Source of the DNA: Eledone cirrhosa
Lineage: Eukaryota
Reading direction: 5' to 3'
Length of the DNA stretch: 64,000 nt
NCBI GenBank assembly: GCA_964016885.1
Contig: OZ024742.1
Location: 296,422,001-296,486,000, forward strand
The notes below the pieces were generated by a model, which was given only the letters and a program-made list of their open reading frames with translations, searched no databases and had not been told where the DNA came from. Both the position numbers and the translations under genes were made by a program. Positions 35,352 through 48,230 of this stretch are shown here, one piece after another (position 1 is the stretch's first letter; each line of letters begins with the position of its first letter).

Positions 35352-35867
35352 TCACCATCTCTTTTTAACTTAGCAGATTGACAGAAAAAGATTACAAAAT
35401 AATTACAAAATTTGAAATTTAAATCCTGGGTTAATATGAACAACTAAATCTCTTTAGTTCCATTGTCATAAATATATAGATATAATATGTAGGTAAAAGA
35501 GACAGGAATTAACAGCTGAAAGAGACAACTGAATCAATACAGTACCCCAGCATGGCCATATTCTGATAACCGAAACCAGTAAAAGAACAAATGAGTATAA
35601 CACAAACAGTGTAGAGATTTATGTATGATTTTATTCTGAACTTATTAGCAGGTGTTTTAGAAAGAGAGGAGAGAAGCAGGAGGTGATAATATAAATGTTT
35701 TCTGATATTCTTTTGGGACATAAATGAAAAAATAACTTTCAATGGTTATGAAAAAAGTAGTTTCAAATTTGCTTATAAAAGGTCTTACCTTACCTCAACA
35801 ACATAACATTCATTGCACACATGTACACACTGATATATCATACAGCACATAATACATACATATATCC

Positions 35868-35966
<99 letters not shown>

Positions 35967-36532
35967 TGTACATTCATACTTATGTACACACATACACATA
36001 CATATGTATGTATATATATACATTCATACTTATGTACACACACATACGTACATACACACATACATGCACATACACACACATATATATATATATATACAGA
36101 CACACACCCAACTCCAAGCTTGTGTAGTGATTGAAAATCTGAAATGAAACAGTGAATTAAAGTAAAACTTCAAAGCAAGCCCATCTTAAGCAGCAGACTA
36201 CATAGAAAAGACATCTAGATAGTTTTGCATAAAAATCTATATTTAATAGAAATTTTGATATGGAAACTGATTAAATATAGCTTAGAAGGTGTTGAAATAT
36301 CATATATTTCAGGAAATTAACTGTAGAAGTCAATGAACCAATAGGTTAACAGAGAAATATACTGCAGTGGAACTTTGGTAGTTGACTTCAGAAAGAGGAG
36401 TCAACATGTGATAGGGAGACAATCTTCGTGGTCAAACAACTTACAAGAAATAGCAGTCAACTCTCTCTCTCAAATCTCGAATCTCACTATGAAAAGGAAA
36501 TACATTCTCAGTACATATTACAACATGTATGT

Positions 36533-37364
36533 ATGTTGTATGCATGTGAAATATAAAAGATTGTGGATCTGGTAGGGCCATTAGATGTTGTATGTATGTG
36601 AAATATAAAAGGTTGTGGATCTGGTAGGGCCATTAGATGTTGTATGTATGTGAAATATAAAAGATTGTGGATCTGGTAGGGCCATTAGATGTTGTATGTA
36701 TGTGAAATATAAAAGGTTGTGGATCTGGTAGGGCCATTAGATGTTGTATGTATGTGAAATATAAAAGGTTGTGGATCTGGTAGGGCCATTAGATGTTGTA
36801 TGTATGTGAAATATAAAAGGTTGTGGATCTGGTAGGGCCATTAGATGTTGTATGTATGTGAAATATAAAAGATTGTGGATCTGGTAGGGCCATTAGATGT
36901 TGTATGTATGTGAAATATAAAAGGTTGTGGATCTGGTAGGGCCATTAGATGTTGTATGTATGTGAAATATAAAAGGTTGTGGATCTGGTAGGGCCATTAG
37001 ATGTTGTATGTATGTGAAATATAAAAGGTTGTGGATCTGGTAGGGCCATTAGATGTTGTATGTATGTGAAATATAAAAGGTTGTGGATCTGGTAGGGCCA
37101 TTAGATGTTGTATGTATGTGAAATATAAAAGGTTGTGGATCTGGTAGGGCCATTAGATGTTGTATGTATGTGAAATATAAAAGGTTGTGGATCTGGTAGG
37201 GCCATTAGATGTTGTATGTATGTGAAATATAAAAGATTGTGGATCTGGTAGGGCCATTAGATGTTGTATGTATGTGAAATATAAAAGATTGTGGATCTGG
37301 TAGAGCCATTAGATGTTGTATGTATGTGAAATATAAAAGGTTGTGGATCTGGTAGGGCCATTAG
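36533..37364. repeat. 52-bp tandem repeat x16 (ATGTTGTATGTATGTGAAATATAAAAG(G/A)TTGTGGATCTGGTAGGGCCATTAG)
   Basis: Exact 52-bp period and near-identical units; the last unit runs into a family-A SINE body (gagttcaaatcctgccgagg). Confidence 0.97.
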
Positions 37365-38161
37365 AGTGTTGGATATTTATTTAACGTTGCTGTGTTGTGA
37401 GTTCAAATCCTGCCGAGGCCCATGTTGCCTTTCGAAAAATGTACAGCTCAGTGGTAATGCAGGCCTCTCTCCTTGCAGTTTTGATGACTGTAGTTTTATT
37501 TATATATATATATATATTTGTGTATTATTTACTATATCTATTTATATATGTATGTGTATTGTTTACAATATCTATTTGTATAGGTGTCTCATTATATTCA
37601 TCATCACTATCATCATCATTGTTTTTATTGCCAATTCGTTAGATTAAGTTTACCATTTAAGAATTCAGAATGCAGAATCTTGAACAAGTCTTGCAATGTA
37701 TCTAATCCAATGCTCTAATAATTCTGACAATCCACCAACTTCAATTGGTACTTTATTCTATTAACCACATTTGAAAGAAAAGTTGAATTTGGCAACATTT
37801 GAACATGGAGTGCCAAAAGTTGGAACAAAGGCTGCAAAGTGTCTTCTTTGGCAGAAATTAGCTAATTCACATCTGAACTGGTACTTTTTTTACTGATCCC
37901 CAACAGGATGAAAGGCAAAATTGACCAGAGAAATTTGAACTCAGGGTGCAAAGATTGCTTACATACGTATACTGCAAAGCATTTTGTCCAACACACCAAT
38001 TGAATTTGTTTCATTTCATTTCAACATTGCCATTAGTATTTCACAAATATATATATCATCATCGTTTAACGTCCATCTTCCAGCATGCATTTTTTTGGAC
38101 ACCCTGTATATATATATACACACATATATATATATAATATATGTGTGTGTGTGTGTATGTA

Positions 38162-38262
38162 CAGGGTGTCCCAAAAAATGTATATGTACTTCGACAGCAT
38201 TCTAATAAATATTGCCTGTACAGGTAATGAAAGAGTGTATACATTTTGGGGGGACTCCCTCT
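38162..38262. mobile_element. ~100-bp Tc1/mariner-like mini-MITE, plus an orphan TIR at 38087-38108
   Basis: ta|cagggtgtcccaaaaaatgtata ... tatacattttggggggactccctc|ta. Confidence 0.6.
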
Positions 38263-38861
38263 ATATATATATACACACACACAGAGTTATTTAGGTTTAA
38301 ATAACAATGTTAGCATAGCTCCGTTACTGCTTATAATGCGCGGAATTTCACGCACATATTATATATATATATATATATATATATAGTATGTGCGTGATCT
38401 CGTGGGGCATATGATGAAAGACGTTGCAGCTAAAACCATCCAATATTTTTGTTCACCAAAGTGTAGTTTGAGTGAGATTTCACTCTTATTTCTAGCTGAT
38501 TAAGTAAAGTAGGGAGGGTTTATTTGTCATTCGTTTTTGCTATTTAAGCCCAGGTCAGCCACTGATAAAAGATATTCCAGCTGTAACTATCCCATCGTCG
38601 ATTTTCACTTTTCTTATTGTTTAGACATAGTGTAAGCTAGAACAACATTATCCTCTGTCTCTTTCTTGTTTATTTTATATACAGTTGTGTGTGTGTGGAG
38701 ATAACCAGTAACAGACAACAAGACAAAGATAGATCGAAAGAGAGATCAAAGAAAATCACAAGAAGAGAAAGTGAGGCATTTATCAAAAGCAGTTTTTTTT
38801 TCACTCTTATTTTACGATTTCTGGTCACATTTGTTTTCACATGTACTTGAACTTTATTATT

Positions 38862-38939
<78 letters not shown>

Positions 38940-38963
38940 GTATACATATATATATATACATAC

Positions 38964-39036
<73 letters not shown>

Positions 39037-39767
39037 GTGTATAATGGTAGCTATGGTGCTTCCATAGGCGGTATGCCAAAATTACCACTCGATATTCATC
39101 AGAGTTGAGTGTAGATATTATAAAGAAAACGAAAAATCACTGATTTTTCGTTTTCTTTATAATATATATATATATATATATATATGGAATAGAATGAAAC
39201 GAAATTTTATTTCTCACTCTTAGTACGGCAGTTACTTAAATGTAAGTATGTATACGTACATATATGCATACAGACGTACAGTAGTATGTATATATATACA
39301 TACATGCACACATATATATATATGCACGTATCGGTTTACCGAACATTTATTATAATGTTAGGTTTGTTTGTATACATATATATATTATATATGTATACAT
39401 ATATAATATATATATGTATATATATATATATGTATACATATATAATTTGGGAGGGTCATGCTGCCAATAAAAACACATGCACCTATTGGTTTTCACCTGT
39501 TGGTTTTCGATAACTGGAAGGTTGTTTAAATATTGTCAAAACTCTTTCGTCACACATGGAATTGAAGTGAAAACTAACAGGTTGTTGATCTTCTTCATGA
39601 TGTTGTGGTCTATATTTGACGGTGTTTCATGATAGAATGTTGTGTCTTTCAGTTGTTCCTCAACCAAATCTTTGTAGTATTCAACATCCATTATAACAAC
39701 TGCACCCCCTTTATCTGCTTGTTTAATTATTATTGTTTTATCATTTTGTATACGTTTAAGTGCAGAC

Positions 39768-41475
39768 ATGATGAAGAAGATCAACAACCTGGTTTCAAAA
39801 TACCACAACTCACTTACTGATAAGGAAAGAGACTACATCACCAATTTTGAGCCAAAACCCAGCAACCTGTATGGCCTACCGAAAGTTCATAAGTCAAAAG
39901 AAATACAACTGGCAGTAAAAGAACAAAACAGTGAGTACATTAAATTACTACACCCAAAAGACTTAAAACTTAAACCTATTATAGCTGGTCCAACATACCC
40001 TACCCACCGTCTAAGCAATTTTGTTGACATTATTTTGAAACCACTATGTATTCACATACCCAGTTTCATCCGGGATGATATCGACTTCCTGCCCCATCTT
40101 CCCAAAACCACGGAAACGAATTCACTTCTACTTAGTTTTGATGTGGTAAGCCTTTATACCAACATTACACATGATTTAGGAATAAAGGCGGTTAAATACT
40201 GGGTGGAAAATCATAGAGAAGTTATTCCCACCAGATTCACAGCGCCATTTATATTAGACGCAGTCAAACTTATTCTGGAAAACAACACTTTCTTCTTCAA
40301 TGGAAAGAATTACATCCAAATTAGAGGCACAGCGATGGGAACGAAGTTTGCTCCCGTTTACGCGAACTCTGTAATGGGATACTTAGAACAACAACTATAC
40401 CAAGAAATAGAGGAAAATATAGCACTGACTTTAGAAAGTACATTGAAAAATCTTGACAGAATCTCTAGATACTCAGGATGAGTTCAATATCCTCCTGAAT
40501 AACCTACAGCCATCTCTCCAATTCACAAAAGAGATGAGTAGTACCAAATTACCATTCCTAGATATAATGGTAATCAAAAACGACACCACCATTAACACGG
40601 ATATATATTATAAACACACAGACACCCATGAATATCTGAATTTTAAGTCGTGCCATCCACCTCATACAAAACGCAACATCCCATACTGCCTAGCCAGAAG
40701 AATTTGTACCATTGTAGAAGATACGAATACCAGGAACAAACGCCTAACAGAATTGAGAGAATTTTTGCTCAAACAAAAATACCCTTCTCTACTTATAGAA
40801 AATGGCATACAGCGGGCTATAAAAATACCTATACAACAACTTAGGACAACTCAAGGAAGAAGAAACCAAGAACTGGTCATACCATTTATAATGACACACA
40901 ACCCATGTCACCAGAATATCTTCAACACTGCCAAAGCAAACCTACCGATCATTGCTCAAAGTAATGAATTAAAAGGTTTAATCACAGACCGATCTTTGAT
41001 TCTTAGTAAAAGACAGCCGAAAAATTTGAAGCTATTACTAACAAAGGCAAAGTTTGACCTTAACAACAAAGACCAATCGTTCACTGTATCTAAATGCAAT
41101 GATAGTCGACGTGGCACATGTCAATCCATACACAACGGTCAATATATGAACACAAAATCTGGAAAAATATTCCCAAATGCAAATATGAACTGCAAAAGCA
41201 GAAATCTAATTTACTGCATTAAATGCCCGAATTGCGAAGAACTATATGTCGGTCAAACTGGAAATGCACTATCGGAACGTGCACGGGTGCACCGACAGCA
41301 AATCAGAGTCCCAAATGTCCGTCAGATACCCCTGAGTAACCATCTAGCAACATGTGGTCAGAGAATATTTATAATATTTCCATTCTACAAATTACACAGC
41401 CCAAGTGAAATCAAGAGAAAAATCAAAGAAAAGAATTTTATTGATAAATTCCAACCCAAGCTAAATGAACAATAA
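39768..41475 (+). pseudogene. Penelope RT/GIY-YIG ORF, disrupted at ~40410-40455 (YxDD segment missing)
   Basis: ORFs 39768-40481 and 40453-41475; no RYxDD between MGYLE and LPFLD. Confidence 0.88.
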
Positions 41476-41861
41476 TAATGGAGTATTACTCCTACTATGA
41501 CTATAACTACGACCATGTCGACTACGACCACTAACAACAACAACAATAATAATAATAATAATAATAATAAAAGTGATGTTGATGGTGGTGATTACTAGAA
41601 AATGCTATTTCCATCATTTCTAAAAATAGCAAAACAATTGATGCTTTGGATAGGGTCAAATAGTAGTCGTTAGACATGCTCAACCAACCGTGACGCCTAA
41701 ACCAATCAGCTTTAGTAATCCAGTGAAACTACACACCGATTGGTCGAAATACAGTTTGCAGAATTTAGCATTCTGTCGCCGCTTTTCACTGTATATAAGG
41801 CACAAAATTTACCCATCTCACTACAGTTGAAAATTGCAAACTTGACTGTCACCACAGAATA

Positions 41862-41900
41862 TGAACCTGAAGATTGCGAAAGCATGAAAGTACTTGTTCA
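41862..41900 (+). ncRNA. Minimal type I hammerhead ribozyme in the Penelope 3' region
   Basis: UGAAC-CUGAAGA-U-UGC(GAAA)GCA-U-GAAA-GUAC-UU-GUUCA. Stem I is UGAAC/GUUCA, both core boxes are present, stem III is the palindrome AAGUACUU, and the predicted triplet is CUU. Confidence 0.8.
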
Positions 41901-42387
41901 ATTAACACTTAACATTTAATATTCTACCATACTATTTCATTCTAATACCATTATAAATTTTAAAGGATTGTAAATAAAACGAGTAAATCAGACAAAGCTG
42001 GAATTCCTTTTATTAATATAATTTTCTATACACACCCGTGTGTATTTATTTATATATATATATATATAAAATTGTTTAGATATCACAGAGGAATTAGTTG
42101 GAAACAAACAAATCCAACAGAGAGCTGCATAATACCAAACATTTCCAAATTGCTAACATTAGTTTTACATAATGTTTTGAGTAGGCAGATTTTGAATGCT
42201 TGTGTGTGTTTCTGTATGTATATGTATATTTGTGTGTTATGCATTCTCTCTAATTCATTCCTAACTTATTTATATATAATTCTGTGATACATACATATGT
42301 AATAGTTTCATATACATATATGTCCAACCCATGTAAGATAAAAAAAAACAGTGTAAACACGATGTTGATGACGATGATGATGTGTGT

Positions 42388-43140
42388 GAAGGCACATGGC
42401 TTAGTGGTTAGTGAGTTGGATTCAGAATTTAGAGGTTGTGAGTTTGATTCCAGGACTATGTGATGCATTGTGTCTCTATGTGATGCATGTTTCTCCATCT
42501 CACTCAATTGTAGAAATGATTTGTTATGTCACTGGTGCCAAGGTGTATTAGCTTTTGCCTTTTCCTTGGACTACATTGACAGAGTGGAGAGAGGAGACAT
42601 GGAATCACAGGGGGTTTGGTATCAAAAGTGCTAAACTACAATATCAGAATGGAATGTAATATCGATATCAAAATGACAATAAAACATTAACTTGTATATC
42701 AACTAAGGTAGTTATTAGATTTCAACAATAGTAAAAGATGTATGGTAATAGCTTCTAGATAGATAATGTTTTGAGTGGTCAGCTCGTGTGCTTGTGTGTG
42801 TGTGTATTCACATTATGTATTTATCTATACATAATTCTTGTCAATACATGTGACTTAGTGGTTAGTGTGTATGGCTCACAAACATAAGTATTCGACTTCA
42901 ATTATCAGTGGTGCATTGTTTCCTTGAGCAAGACATTTTACTTCATGTTGCTCTAGTTCACTGAGATGGCAAAAATGTAATTTTAAAGGATCAGCTTTGT
43001 CACACTCAGCCGAATCTTTCTGAAAACTATGTTAAGGATGCAAATCACTGTGATATGTTCAGCCCGTGCACGTTAGTTTTATGAGTAGGCTGTTCCATAG
43101 TTCAAACAACAGGAACATCCTTGTTGGAACCAATGGAGTT
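42388..43140 (+). mobile_element. Two tRNA-derived CORE-like SINE copies (family B), at ~42388-42600 and ~42848-43140
   Basis: gcacatggcttagtggttag A-box; ccttgagcaagacattttacttcatgttgct CORE-like block. Confidence 0.7.
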
Positions 43141-43179
43141 CCAATACATATTTAATGCTGGGCAGATATATATCCAACA

Positions 43180-43690
43180 AAACTTTTCAAAAAGGGAGAC
43201 ATGAGTGATTGCTCTAGTTATAGAGGCATTTCCTTGTTAAGCCTTCCCAATAAAATCTATGATTTGTGTTTAGCAAACAAATGTAGGGATATTGTTAAGT
43301 CCAACCTAATTGATGAACAACAAGGTTTTCACCCATGATGTAGTACAGCTGACCAAATATTCTCTGTGACCGGTCTTTGTGAAATCATGGAGGTATTACC
43401 AAGAAGTGTATTTATATGTGAACCTTTAAAAAGGGCATATGATCCTGTTCCACAGGAATTTTTGTGGAAGGATGTGCAGGTTCCAATATACAGCCTCTTG
43501 TTGCCTTGGAATCCCTTTGTGAATGCCCAAGTTCTCCTGTTCATAGCTTTCTTGAACAGGATTGACATGCTCAACCCACTTCAAAGGAATATCGAAATCA
43601 GTGGGTATATGATCAGTCGGCTGGAATTTGCATTCAATATAGTGCTACTTAACTTGTCGCATGTGATCTCCGATATGCACTGGCAGCAAT
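43180..43690 (+). pseudogene. Old RTE-type RT fragment
   Basis: FKKGDMSDCSSYRGISLLSLPNKIY, DEQQGF, STADQIFS, LKRAYDPVP. Confidence 0.75.
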
Positions 43691-43744
43691 GAACATGAGT
43701 ACTATGGAGCCTGATACATTAATCCTTTCAAGAAAACCTGTGCA

Positions 43745-46150
43745 GTCTACTTTTCAAAAATTGCTGGTGCTGGAGCAATAATGCACCAATCTCATCCGAG
43801 GAATGTTCTAGTGGATAATACTGTATTACTCTGTATTTCTTGGGTTGTGTGTTGTGATGACATTGAGTATATTTGAAGTAGCTTTTGTTCTTCGTAGTTC
43901 TATTGTCACGTTCTATTCCGTAATCTATTAATGTTGATAGGTACTGTCTTTCAAATAGTATTTGTTTTAATTCCTGGAGCCTTGTATTCCAAGTTTCATA
44001 ATTTAAAACAAACTATGCGGACCCTACTTGCTAGATTAAACGGAATGTACGTCTTCGAATGTCTTGGGTGACATGAGGTGAATAGCAAGTAGTTTAGAGT
44101 CAGTTGGTTTATAGATGTCAGTTTCAGTGTTTATATCTTTTTTGATGATTAAAATGTCCAAGAATTGTAGTTGATCCTGACTATATTTCATTGTGAAGTT
44201 AATGTTATTGTTTATGCTGTTAATTATGGTTTTGAAATCATTGAGTTGGTCAACAATGTGCGTCCACAAAATAAGGTAGTCATCTAAGTAACGTTTCCAG
44301 TTTTCTAGAAAATATTTATGGAAGTCTAAACTGTATTTTAATCTAAATTATTCTTATGTGTGAACCTCAATGTATGCCATGAATAAATTCGTATAAACTG
44401 GAGTTACTTCTATATCCATCGTGGTCCCATATATTTCTTGGTAAATAAATTTAATTCTTCGGTTATGAAACTTTTTCTATTATGTCCTGATTTCATTAGG
44501 GAAATTTTACAATTAATTTGGTCTTAATTTAAGATCCATGGGGTGTTGTATGTTTATACACATTGAAGTTGATTCTTTACAGGCATCGTTTATTGTTTTG
44601 TTCTTATATATTTTAGAAAGACTGTAGAAATTGCTAATTCAAAATCTGTTAGATAGTCATATTCATTGTTTGCTAAACCTTCTAGATGTCAGTGAATGAG
44701 AGTATTTAGTTTTGTCATTGTCTTTGATTGTTGTTAATTGTTTACCTTTTCATAATAGGTATTGTCTTGTACAAGAGATAAAATAGTATTTTTGTAGTGT
44801 TTATCATCCATAATGATAAGATCACTTCCCTTATCCTCTTGTTCTTGTGTTCATGGATAATTTCCCATTCCTTTTGACTGGCATTGGGTATGGTAGTCCA
44901 TTGTCTAATGTTTTATTCCTACCTTTTGTTTTCGTGACTAATTTTATTTCTGACATTTGATTCGATGCTGTTATTTTTAGGCATAATTTTCTAAAGAATT
45001 GTGAAATATCATCTTTGTATTTCACTGTAGTTAACGTGCAGTGATGTTGAAGTACATTTTATGCCATTTGGGAGAATTTTAATTTGTTATATTGAAAGAT
45101 TTCCTAGGATATGTTGATTATCTTTGGTTTCTCATCTTTGATTCGTCATGAATTCTGTCGACTGGTTTTAAGACGATTTTTCAAATTTGTCATTGCATTG
45201 TTATTTCTGTACCGTTGACATTTTCTCTGTTATAATATGTTCTTTTATAACGAGTTTGTGTATTCTTATTATTGTTTTTGAGTTGTTATTTGTAATCCTT
45301 TGAATGTGTTGTAATCTATGGTTTGGGAAAAAGATCTCTGTTGAGAGAAGGACTCTTTTAGTTGGGTTATATTATCTAAGTATTCAGGAATTTTCTTTAT
45401 GGTTTTGGTGAATATAACTTCAACGTTTTGGTACTTGCTTTGTCTATTGTGAATGGGATATGAAAAATTTAACTTTCTTCAGAAATGTGTGATCATTCAG
45501 TATTCGTTTTTAAAATCAGTTTCATATTTAATGACCCAAAGATGCTGGGCTTGTATCAACATTATTGAAGACACATCGTATAAATTTAAATCAAGACAAA
45601 TTTTTAACATAAAAATAATTTAACCTAGACATCAAAAAATGTAATATATGTTATTAAGTGTTTTTTTTCTCGCTTTCATAATATATTTTTGTGTATTATA
45701 TTTATAAGGTTCCTAGCAATAATTACGTGTAAAGGATGTGATGAAGACTACATAGGAAAAACAAAAATTACGCTCAGAAACAGGATGACTATTCATCTTC
45801 AACGAATATGAAACCCCAGCACTAGAGTGGGGTATCTTGACTTATGTACGACAAATACTTTCTCCAAGTTTCAAATCTCCCCTCTTTAACTTTGTTTTGG
45901 CACCACCACAGAACAAACACCAATAAATAAATAAAATATATTAATACAAAAATGCATACCACAACTGAATATGCTTTAACCGGGTACATTCAATAACAAC
46001 TATTCAAACACAATTTTTGTTCATTCTACTATTTGACATGTACAACTTAACACAGCCGACAACATCAGCTTTGGATACAATGATGATATTTATGCAATGT
46101 CACTAACAAATTCTATGCCTAATCACGTGATCATAGTCAATCAATCAAAT
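43745..46150. mobile_element. Second, older Penelope-like element: RT on the minus strand (~45500 to 43745), GIY-YIG on the plus strand (~45525-45950)
   Basis: Minus strand WKRYLDD (44279-44299) and QLQFLDILIIKK; plus strand SKNVIY...ITCKGCDEDYIGKTKITLRNRMTIH. Confidence 0.8.
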
Positions 46151-46867
46151 TGTATCTTAGATACATAGTAATTTTATCCATGTTCTTTCCGTAAAATAAT
46201 AGAAACTTCAAACTCTAGATAGATGTGAGAGAGTTATGGCCACGTCTTCCCTTGTCACTTTTGAAAATGATATATATATATATATATTAGCAATGGTGGG
46301 GGTGAAAAATAGTGATTAGTTCTACTGCCAAAATCCCCCGGGAAAATAAATTGGTGACAGAGTTCTAGTATAGGCTGAAAACAACAACATCATTAGGAAA
46401 GACATCCAGCCGTAGAAACCAAGCCCAAATCAGTTCTATGTAAGCGAAACACCGTCCACCAACCTGATCTCTCACAAAGGGACAGTCCAGCCTACCTATG
46501 CTAGCATGGAACATGGAAGTTAAAAGATGATGATGATATTTATGTACATTCACACACATAGATACATTTATACACGGGCATATACACTAAAGTACACGCA
46601 CACACACACATACGTGTACATATATATATCTATATCTCTATATATATAAGCACATACATACAGAGAGATAAAGCATGTATGCACACACACACACACAGAT
46701 ACACAGACAGCAGAGAAAAAATAAAATGTACTTTATTTAAGTGTGATTTAAAACAGCGAGCTGGTTTGAAAATAGAAGTAAAAGCTTTCGCTGTATTTTT
46801 TACTAAAGAAATTTTAGCCTGATATTGGTGTTTAGAACCCTCTAGGAAATGGAAAAAGATGAGTATT

Positions 46868-46930
46868 GACGAAAATGGGAGTCAAACCCACACCTTTGGT
46901 TATCAGACCCCTGTGCTACCATTACACCAA
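46868..46930 (-). other. tRNA-like pseudogene or SINE head
   Basis: tggtgtaatggtagcac (A-box/D-arm) and gtgggtttgactcccat (T-arm/B-box-like); acceptor and anticodon stems are not intact. Confidence 0.45.
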
Positions 46931-47305
46931 ATTTATTAGGAAGAGCCAAATCAAAATCATCACACTAACACACATACATACGTAAATAAGAACAGTGGGG
47001 ATGGAAAAATCTGAAACATTAATAAGCATGTGGGGGGGGGGTGATTATTGGAAACCTGGTTACATATATCCTGTGATTGTTTGGATAATATACATATTTT
47101 CTGGTTAAATTATCTATTGTGTTAATTAACTTTTTCAATTTACATGGAAATATGTACATTGGACACGTTTACACGTATGTATACAAAAAAATGTTTAAAT
47201 ACATACATACACATTTGTACAGTCTCAGTTACATTTATTCTGTATATATACAGATTTAACTTCATACATATATACTTACAAATAATGAATCAAAACATAT
47301 CAAAT

Positions 47306-47657
47306 ATCATCATCATCATCATCATCATCATCATTTTTACGTTCACTTTTCCCTGCTTGCAAGGGTGGGATGGGAACTGATTCTGGCTTGATTTCTACAG
47401 CTGGATGCCCTTCCTAACATAAACTTTATTTACAGTGAGTGCTGGGTGCTTTTTTGCCGTGGCACCTCCATGACCACTTTGCAGTGGAATGATAGGGACC
47501 CCAGTCCCTATCATCTCATTTCTACAGCTGAGTAAACTGGAGCAATGTGAAATAAAGTGTCTTGCTCAAGGAAACAACACATCACTCAGTCTGAGAATTG
47601 AACTCACAACCTTTCGATTGCAAGGCCAATGCTCTAACTACTAAGCCATGTGCCTCC
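47306..47657 (-). mobile_element. Complete tripartite SINE: tRNA head + CORE-like block + RTE-derived 3' tail
   Basis: Head ggaggcacatggcttagtagttagagc...gagttcaattct; core ccttgagcaagacactttatttcacattgctccag; tail nearly identical to RTE 3' UTR 1241-1402; (tga)n end. Confidence 0.85.
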
Positions 47658-48230
47658 AAATATGTTTATAATTTTGTGTTTCTCAATAAGCAAGCTCAAT
47701 AACTTTATCAAGAGCCATAATAACCAAATAAAGAGATATATGTATATATAGAGAGAAAGAGCCATATATCACAGAAGAAACATGGTATATTGTATATATA
47801 CCATGTTTCTTGTGTCTTATATGGCTTTTTCTCTCTCTTTATATACATATATCTCTTCATTTGGTTACATATATATTTATATACAGCAGAGTAAAAAATG
47901 AAAAGTACTTTATGTTTCTTACAAAACTCTACATCAAACAAACGCAAAACATATCACATTGTCACAACAAACATCAAGCATTGGTTTACCATTTATTTGT
48001 TCCAGAATGTATGTTTAAGATAACATAAGGAAAATATTGGAAGCAGTGAAGATGAAACAAGCTTCTGTTTCCATTGAAGGATAATGGATAGCATGTCAGT
48101 CATGGTTCAGTAGTCATCTATAGCTGACACAGAAATGTAATGTTTCTCACTATTAAAAATTCTAATACTGGTTTGGTGTGGTGTTGTGTTTGACAGTCTT
48201 TATTTATAGAATATATGTGTGTATGTATGT

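Larger units (their letters stand above)
39578..42030 (+). mobile_element. Penelope-like element (RT + GIY-YIG endonuclease) with an inverted 5' segment and a 3' pLTR-like region
   Basis: IIIKQADKGGAVVIMD (inverted), LYGLPKVHK, SFDVVSLYTNI, GTAMGTKFAP, LPFLD, YLNFKSCHP, LIYCIKCPNCEELYVGQT. The 3' boundary is approximate. Confidence 0.92.

Noticed and set aside
35821-36147. YI/HT/CV-rich ORFs here and at 1875-2306, 38771-39108, 59815-60135
   Set aside because: Translations of (TA)n and (CA)n microsatellites.
36533-37364. CRISPR-like array
   Set aside because: Pure head-to-tail 52-bp repeats without spacers.
39040-39112. Minus-strand hammerhead (CUGAUGA at ~39096-39102)
   Set aside because: The downstream box is GAAG rather than GAAA, and stems I and II are unconvincing.
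46868-46930. Functional tRNA gene
   Set aside because: The cloverleaf is incomplete (acceptor and anticodon stems broken); kept only as a tRNA-like relic.
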